Shown piece by piece: positions 58,714 through 64,000 of a DNA stretch of 64,000 nt; the stretch's first letter is position 1; every line of letters starts with the position of its first letter. Origin of the DNA: Dehalococcoidia bacterium (GTDB taxonomy: Bacteria; Chloroflexota; Dehalococcoidia; SHYB01); NCBI GenBank assembly GCA_965248515.1, contig CBDFJU010000003.1, positions 79,254 to 143,253 on the forward strand. Direction: 5' to 3'. The position numbers and the translations under genes were made by a program. The notes under the pieces were generated by a model. That model saw only the letters and a list, made by a program, of their open reading frames with translations. It had not been told where the DNA came from and ran no database searches.

Positions 58714-59712
58714 ATGCGGAGGCGGACTTTGGCAATAGCGCCCCACGAAACAACCGAAGAAAAGACCCTCGTTCTCGATCTTTATCGGAAGATGGTCTTG
58801 ATTCGCCGTTTCGAAGAGACCTGCGCCGAAATGTACGGCCGGGCGAAGATCGGCGGGTTCCTTCATCTCTACAACGGCGAAGAGGCCGTCGCCGTCGGAA
58901 CGATTCCGTTGCTCGAGGACCGGGACTATATCGTCACGCATTACCGCGAGCACGGCCATGCGCTTGCCCGCGGCCTCGAGACCAAGCGCATCATGGCCGA
59001 GCTGTTCGGCAAGGCCACGGGGACCAGCCGGGGTAAGGGCGGCTCGATGCACCTGTTCGACGCATCGAAAGGCTTCCTGGGGGGCTATGCCATCGTCGGC
59101 GGGATGATGCCCGTCGCGACAGGCCTCGCGCTGGCCAGCAAGTACCGGGACGAGGGCCGCGTTTGCCTCTGTATCTTCGGCGACGGCGCGGTCAACCAGG
59201 GCGCGCTCCACGAATCGTTCAACCTGGCTTCGCTGTGGAAGCTCCCGGTGGTCTTCCTGCTCGAGAATAACGGGTTCGGGATGGGGACCCGTGTCGAGCG
59301 GGCCCACGCGGGCCTCGCGATGCATCACCTGGCTGACGCCTTCCTTATACGAGCCGACCAGGTCGACGGCATGAATGTGCTCTCGGTGCGGCAGGCGGCG
59401 CGGGAGGCTATCAACCACGCGCGTTCGGGGAAGGGCCCGTTCTTCCTGGAGGCGATAACCTACCGCTTCCGCGGCCACTCCATGGCCGACCCGGTCCACT
59501 ACCGTGGGAAGGACGAGGAGGAGGAGTGGAGACGGCGCGGACCCATCCTCGTCTTCCGCCACGAACGGATCGAGAGCGGCCTGGTGACGGAGGAAGAGTT
59601 CGCCGCTGTGGACAAAAGCGTGGAGGAGGAGATCGCCGAGGCCGTCGACTATGCGGAAAAGAGCAGCGGCCTCACCCTCGAAGGCATGTACGAGGATATC
59701 TATCAGGAATAG
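58714..59712 (+). CDS. pdhA: pyruvate/2-oxoacid dehydrogenase E1 alpha subunit
   Basis: TPP-binding GDGA...NN motif, YRFRGHSMAD phosphorylation-loop region. Confidence 0.85.
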   Translation: MRRRTLAIAPHETTEEKTLVLDLYRKMVLIRRFEETCAEMYGRAKIGGFLHLYNGEEAVAVGTIPLLEDRDYIVTHYREHGHALARGLETKRIMAELFGKATGTSRGKGGSMHLFDASKGFLGGYAIVGGMMPVATGLALASKYRDEGRVCLCIFGDGAVNQGALHESFNLASLWKLPVVFLLENNGFGMGTRVERAHAGLAMHHLADAFLIRADQVDGMNVLSVRQAAREAINHARSGKGPFFLEAITYRFRGHSMADPVHYRGKDEEEEWRRRGPILVFRHERIESGLVTEEEFAAVDKSVEEEIAEAVDYAEKSSGLTLEGMYEDIYQE

Positions 59713-60699
59713 GTGTGGACTGAACCGATGCCAGAGCTGACTTATCGAGACGCCATTCGAGAGACCTTGCGCGAGGCCCTGTTGAACGACGACCGGGTGT
59801 TCGTGATGGGCGAAGACATTGGCGCCTACGGGGGCGCCTACGGCGTTACCCGCGGGCTCATGGAGGAGTTCGGCGAGGACCGGGTCAAGGACTCGCCCAT
59901 CGCCGAGCTGGTGCTCGTGGGCGCCGGTATCGGCTCCGCCATGGGAGGCCTCCGTCCGGTCGTCGAGCTCATGACGATCAACTTCAGTCTCCTGGCTGCG
60001 GACCAGATCGTGAACGTCGCCGCGAAGCTTTCCTACATGTCGGGAGGACAGGTCTCCGTCCCCCTGATCGTACGAACCGTAACCGGAGGCGGCAGCCAGC
60101 TCGCCGCCACTCACTCCCAGAGTCTCGAAGGCTGGTACGCCCAGGTGCCGGGACTCAAGGTTGTGGCACCCGCAACCCCCTATGATGCCCGTGGCCTGCT
60201 CCGGACCGCTTTCGAGGACCTCAACCCCGTGATCTTCGTCGAGCATTCGCTCCTCTATGGCTCGAAAGGCGAGGTGCCAGACGAGCCGTATTCGATACCC
60301 TTCGGCAGCGCCGACATCAAGAAAAGCGGTGCCGACGTCAGCATCGTCACCTACCTGCAAATGGTCCCGATAGCGCTGCAGGCGGCGGCGGAGCTGGCCA
60401 AGGAAGGCATCGATGCCGAAGTCATCGATCTGCGCAGTTTGCGTCCACTCGACCGAGACACCATCCTGGGTTCGGTGAAGAAGACGCACCGGGCCGTCGT
60501 TGTCGAAGAGGGTTGGAAGACGGGGGGGTTCGGTGCGGAGATCGCGAGCTCTATCGTGGAAGGGGCCTTCGACGACCTCGACGCTCCGGTTGCCCGGGTT
60601 GCCGGCGAGGAGGTACCCATGCCCTATAACCGAGACCTCGAGCGGGCAGCGATTCCGGGGCCCGGCAACGTAGTCGACGCCGTCAAATCTCTCTTTTAA
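59713..60699 (+). CDS. pdhB: pyruvate/2-oxoacid dehydrogenase E1 beta subunit
   Basis: transketolase-like pyrimidine and C-terminal domains. Confidence 0.85.
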   Translation: MWTEPMPELTYRDAIRETLREALLNDDRVFVMGEDIGAYGGAYGVTRGLMEEFGEDRVKDSPIAELVLVGAGIGSAMGGLRPVVELMTINFSLLAADQIVNVAAKLSYMSGGQVSVPLIVRTVTGGGSQLAATHSQSLEGWYAQVPGLKVVAPATPYDARGLLRTAFEDLNPVIFVEHSLLYGSKGEVPDEPYSIPFGSADIKKSGADVSIVTYLQMVPIALQAAAELAKEGIDAEVIDLRSLRPLDRDTILGSVKKTHRAVVVEEGWKTGGFGAEIASSIVEGAFDDLDAPVARVAGEEVPMPYNRDLERAAIPGPGNVVDAVKSLF

Positions 60700-60730
60700 C
60701 GCTTATGCCTGCCGGGAAAGGAGCCTTGCC

Positions 60731-62041
60731 TTGGCCACCGAAGTGATCATGCCCCAGATGGGGTTCGACATGACCGAAGGAACCCTCGTGCGGTGGATCA
60801 AGGCGGAGGGCGACTCCGTCGACCGGGGCGACGCCATCGCCGAAGTCGAGACCGACAAAGCCGTGGTGGAGATCGAGGCGTACGCCTCGGGGCTCCTCAA
60901 AAAGACCTACGTCGGGGAAGGGACCACCGTCCCCGTGGGCCACGTGATCGGCGTTATCGCCGGCGCCGACGAAGACGTGCCCCAGGAACCGCCCAGCGGG
61001 CCGGTTGTCGCTGCGGCCGAACCGGCCGCGCCCGAACCCGAGGTCGCTGCAGCGGATGGGGAGCCAGCTCCGCTCGATGAAGGGCCGGCGGCTCCGGCAG
61101 CATCGGCGACGGAAGACTCGGGGCGCATCAAGGCATCGCCGCTGGCCCGGAAGGAAGCAGCGGCGCGAGGCGTCGACCTGGCTTCGGTAACAGGGAGCGG
61201 ACCGGGCGGCCGCGTCACCCGAAACGATGTGCTCAAGACGGCGGAGCAGGCGCCGCCGGCCACGACCGGCGCGGATGAACCTGCTGAGGCGACGCCAACA
61301 GAGGGGGCCAAGCCCATCGAGCCGGCTGCCGAGCCTTCCCCGCCCGCGGCGATACCCAGCGGGGGCACGGTCCCACTGACCAGAATGCGCCTGGCGATTG
61401 CCAGGAGCATGGCCCGAAGCAAACGAGAGATCCCCCACTTCTATCTCACCGCCGCCATCGACATGACGGAGGCGTTGAAGGTACGCAAGCAGATAAACGA
61501 GGCCCTGGGAGACGAAGTCCGAGTCAGCATCAACGACCTGGTCATCAAGGCCACCGCCACCGCACTCCTGAAGCACCCGATGTTCAACGCAAGCTTCTCC
61601 GATGCCTCCATCCAGGTACACAAACGCGTTAACATCGGCATCGCCATCGCTCTCGAGAACGGACTGATCGCTCCCTGCATCTTCGACGCCGACAAGAAGC
61701 GCATCCCCGACGTCGCCAGGGAGAGCAAGAGCCTTGCCGAACGCGCCCGCTCGGGAGGCCTGACGGCCGACGAGATGTCCGCGGCCACGTTCAACATCAC
61801 GAACCTGGGAATGTACGGTATCGAGAGCTTCAGCGCGGTCATCACGCCGCCCCAGGCGGCTGCGCTGGCCGTCGGATCCGTTACTCGAGAGGCCGTCGTC
61901 AGAGAAAACCAGGTGGTTCCCGCGGACATGATGCGCCTCACGCTATCCATCGATCACCGGGTCGCCGACGGGGCTCAGGGGGCCAATTTCATCGCCGATC
62001 TCCGGACGAATCTGGAGAATCCAATAAGCCTGCTATTGTAA
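60731..62041 (+). CDS. dihydrolipoamide acyltransferase (E2)
   Basis: lipoyl domain ETDKA, Ala/Pro linker, PSBD, catalytic DHRVADG. Confidence 0.85.
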   Translation: MATEVIMPQMGFDMTEGTLVRWIKAEGDSVDRGDAIAEVETDKAVVEIEAYASGLLKKTYVGEGTTVPVGHVIGVIAGADEDVPQEPPSGPVVAAAEPAAPEPEVAAADGEPAPLDEGPAAPAASATEDSGRIKASPLARKEAAARGVDLASVTGSGPGGRVTRNDVLKTAEQAPPATTGADEPAEATPTEGAKPIEPAAEPSPPAAIPSGGTVPLTRMRLAIARSMARSKREIPHFYLTAAIDMTEALKVRKQINEALGDEVRVSINDLVIKATATALLKHPMFNASFSDASIQVHKRVNIGIAIALENGLIAPCIFDADKKRIPDVARESKSLAERARSGGLTADEMSAATFNITNLGMYGIESFSAVITPPQAAALAVGSVTREAVVRENQVVPADMMRLTLSIDHRVADGAQGANFIADLRTNLENPISLLL

Positions 62042-62174
62042 ACCTGAACGGCGATTCGGAAATTTACCTGCAAAATGGGCTTAATTTCTATTTACAGGGG
62101 TAGACAGGTGTGCTAGGATAGGACCACTCTGAGTCTGTTTAGGACTCCAATCAATATTGCGAGGGGGGGCCTAC

Positions 62175-62375
62175 ATGGCATACAGCACCGTAAGCAAAAA
62201 GTCCGGCAAGACTTATTATCTCCATTCCAAAGATGTCACACTCAAGGGTGGACAGAAGCAAAGGATCTATTATTTCGCGGGGGCAGCCGGAGCCAACGCA
62301 ATCGACGCGCTTCCCGGCGGCTACAAAGTTGTCGAGAACGAGCGGACCGGCCTTCCGCTGCTGAAGAAGGGCTAA
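62175..62375 (+). CDS. small Lys-rich hypothetical protein with atypical (AT-rich) codon usage
   Basis: GAGGGGGGG RBS 6 nt before ATG; flanked by AT-rich DNA and a strong terminator. Confidence 0.45.
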   Translation: MAYSTVSKKSGKTYYLHSKDVTLKGGQKQRIYYFAGAAGANAIDALPGGYKVVENERTGLPLLKKG

Positions 62376-62526
62376 CAAAGACAGACAGAGAACGGCGTCG
62401 GTCAGTTTTCATCGTCTTTCGTTAATCGTTCATCAGTCTCTGGCCGGTGGTCGTTATGGCCCCTGCGGCGCAAGCGGTCGACTCCTAAGCGTCGTGCGCG
62501 TTAAGCGTCGCTCTCATCGAGAGGAT

Positions 62527-62565
62527 AAAAATCCCTGTGCCGCCAGGCGGCACAGGGATTTTGTC
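62527..62565. terminator. bidirectional rho-independent terminator (14-bp perfect palindrome AUCCCUGUGCCGCC/GGCGGCACAGGGAU with A- and U-tracts)
   Basis: read directly. Confidence 0.8.
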
Positions 62566-62723
62566 GATAACACCCGTATGCGACTGCGTTTCGTCCCCTG
62601 CGATGTCGCGGCTGCGGTCCGCTCATGTTGAGCCCGGCACTCGGACTCCCAACAGATATAGGCCCTATACTTGGCTTCTACTATGCTAGTAACGAGCGGA
62701 AAGCAAGCTTAGGCACTCGGGCC

Positions 62724-64000
62724 TTGCACCCGGATACTCAGACCAAGTCGTTGCTCGACACCGTGCTGCGCCTGTCTCGCGCCGAGCAAACGGAGGTCAC
62801 GGTACGGGCCACGGACTCGTCGCTGACCCGTTTTGCCAACAACGGGGTGCACCAGAACGTCGCAGAGCGCGACAGGACCGTGTCGGTGCGCGTTCAGTCA
62901 GGCCGTCGTTACGGCCTCGCCTCCACCAACGACCTCAGTGACACGGGCCTGCAGCGAGTCTCGGACCAGGCGTTGGAGGTCGCGGAGGCGCTCCCCGACC
63001 TAGACGACTTCCTTCCGCTGCCCGAGCCTCAGCGGGTCTCCGACGTTCCGGCTCACGCCGTGAGCACGGCGGAGTACGGTCCGCTGCAGCGGGCGGTCGC
63101 CGTGAGGACCATCTGTCAGAAGGCACACGAGCGTGACCTGATCGCCGCCGGGGCCTTCGAGATCGACATCGCGAGCCACACCATCGCCAACTCCCTGGGC
63201 CTCCTTGCGCATCACGTCACGGCGACAGCCGAGTTGATGACTGTGGTGATGTCGGATGACAGCTCGGGCCATGCCGCCCGGCTGTCGCTCGATGCCGAGG
63301 AGATCGACGCTGAGGCGGTGGCTGACGAAGCCATCGACAAGGCCCTCCGCAGCCGAAATCCGCGGAGCCTCGAGCCTCGAGTGTACGAGGTGGTGCTAGA
63401 GGAGCACGCGGTAAGCGATATGCTCGACTTTCTCGGGTTCACCGGCTTCGGCGCCCTCTCTATTCAGGAAGGCCGCAGCTTCATGTCGGGCAAGCTGGGC
63501 AGCGCCGTGATGGGCCCGAACATCTCGATCCGAGACGACGCACTCGACCCTTCCGGGGTCCCTCGCTCCTTCGATGCCGAGGGCGTCCCAGCTCGCCGAG
63601 TCGACCTCGTAGTCGATGGTGTCGCCAGATCGGCGGTGTACGACCGCCGGACCGCAGCATCCGGGGAAGCGACTTCGACCGGACACGCCCTTCCCTCCGA
63701 AGTGACCCTGGGCCCGCTGCCGAGGAACATGTTCCTCGAGCCGGGACAGGCGTCCAAAGAAGAGCTCGTGCAGTCCGTGAAGCGCGGCTTGCTGGTTACC
63801 CGCTTCTGGTACACGCGGGTCGTTCATCCACTGACGGTCCACATGACGGGCATGACTCGGGACGGCACGTTCCTCATCGAGAACGGCGAGATCGTCGCGC
63901 CGGTGCGGAACCTTCGCTTCACCGAGAGCTACGTTCAAGCCCTCGGGCGCGTCGGCCTCATCGGGAAAGAGACTCGGCTCGTTCGAGACTTCTTCTCTAC
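62724..64000 (+). CDS. TldD/PmbA family metallopeptidase-like protein (3' partial; runs off window, absent from ORF track)
   Basis: manual translation of open frame: ...TRFANNGVHQN...VRVQSGRRYGLASTNDLS...VTRFWYTRVVHP...; start (TTG 62724 or ATG 62625) uncertain. Confidence 0.6.
   Translation, partial: MHPDTQTKSLLDTVLRLSRAEQTEVTVRATDSSLTRFANNGVHQNVAERDRTVSVRVQSGRRYGLASTNDLSDTGLQRVSDQALEVAEALPDLDDFLPLPEPQRVSDVPAHAVSTAEYGPLQRAVAVRTICQKAHERDLIAAGAFEIDIASHTIANSLGLLAHHVTATAELMTVVMSDDSSGHAARLSLDAEEIDAEAVADEAIDKALRSRNPRSLEPRVYEVVLEEHAVSDMLDFLGFTGFGALSIQEGRSFMSGKLGSAVMGPNISIRDDALDPSGVPRSFDAEGVPARRVDLVVDGVARSAVYDRRTAASGEATSTGHALPSEVTLGPLPRNMFLEPGQASKEELVQSVKRGLLVTRFWYTRVVHPLTVHMTGMTRDGTFLIENGEIVAPVRNLRFTESYVQALGRVGLIGKETRLVRDFFS

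Overview
High-GC (~67%) bacterial chromosomal window, probably Chloroflexi- or Actinobacteria-like, and mostly housekeeping. Recognisable genes include ribosomal proteins L21/L27/L31, dnaJ, pyrD, lysA, holB with a PSP1-domain gene, tsaE/tsaB, ndk, mnmA, rnhB, yraN, rsfS, modABC with mop, uvrB, a two-domain thyX, and lipA-lpdA-pdhABC, plus one tRNA-Pro(GGG). Interspersed accessory content is where the hunting paid off. (1) Two thioredoxin-fold genes, a TlpA-like lipoprotein and a DsbA/FrnE-like protein, each carry a single in-frame TGA exactly at the catalytic-Cys position. Each TGA is followed 15-16 nt later by a GCAGC...GCUGC hairpin, so these are probably selenoproteins rather than pseudogenes. 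(2) A lower-GC three-gene cassette (licD, a licC-like cytidylyltransferase, and a CobD-like PLP decarboxylase) suggests a CDP-aminoalcohol surface-decoration pathway. (3) A two-gene unit of unknown function sits behind a near-consensus promoter carrying a perfect and an imperfect GAAC-N4-GTTC LexA-type box, so it is probably SOS-regulated. (4) A hicB/hicA pair whose toxin ORF is absent from the ORF track, and a higB/higA pair. Smaller items are an orphan DNA methyltransferase, a phage-like regulator trio, a hairpin-rich intergenic region, and two tandem secreted proteins with Ig-like repeats. Many long antisense ORFs in the track are GC-frame shadows and are ignored.
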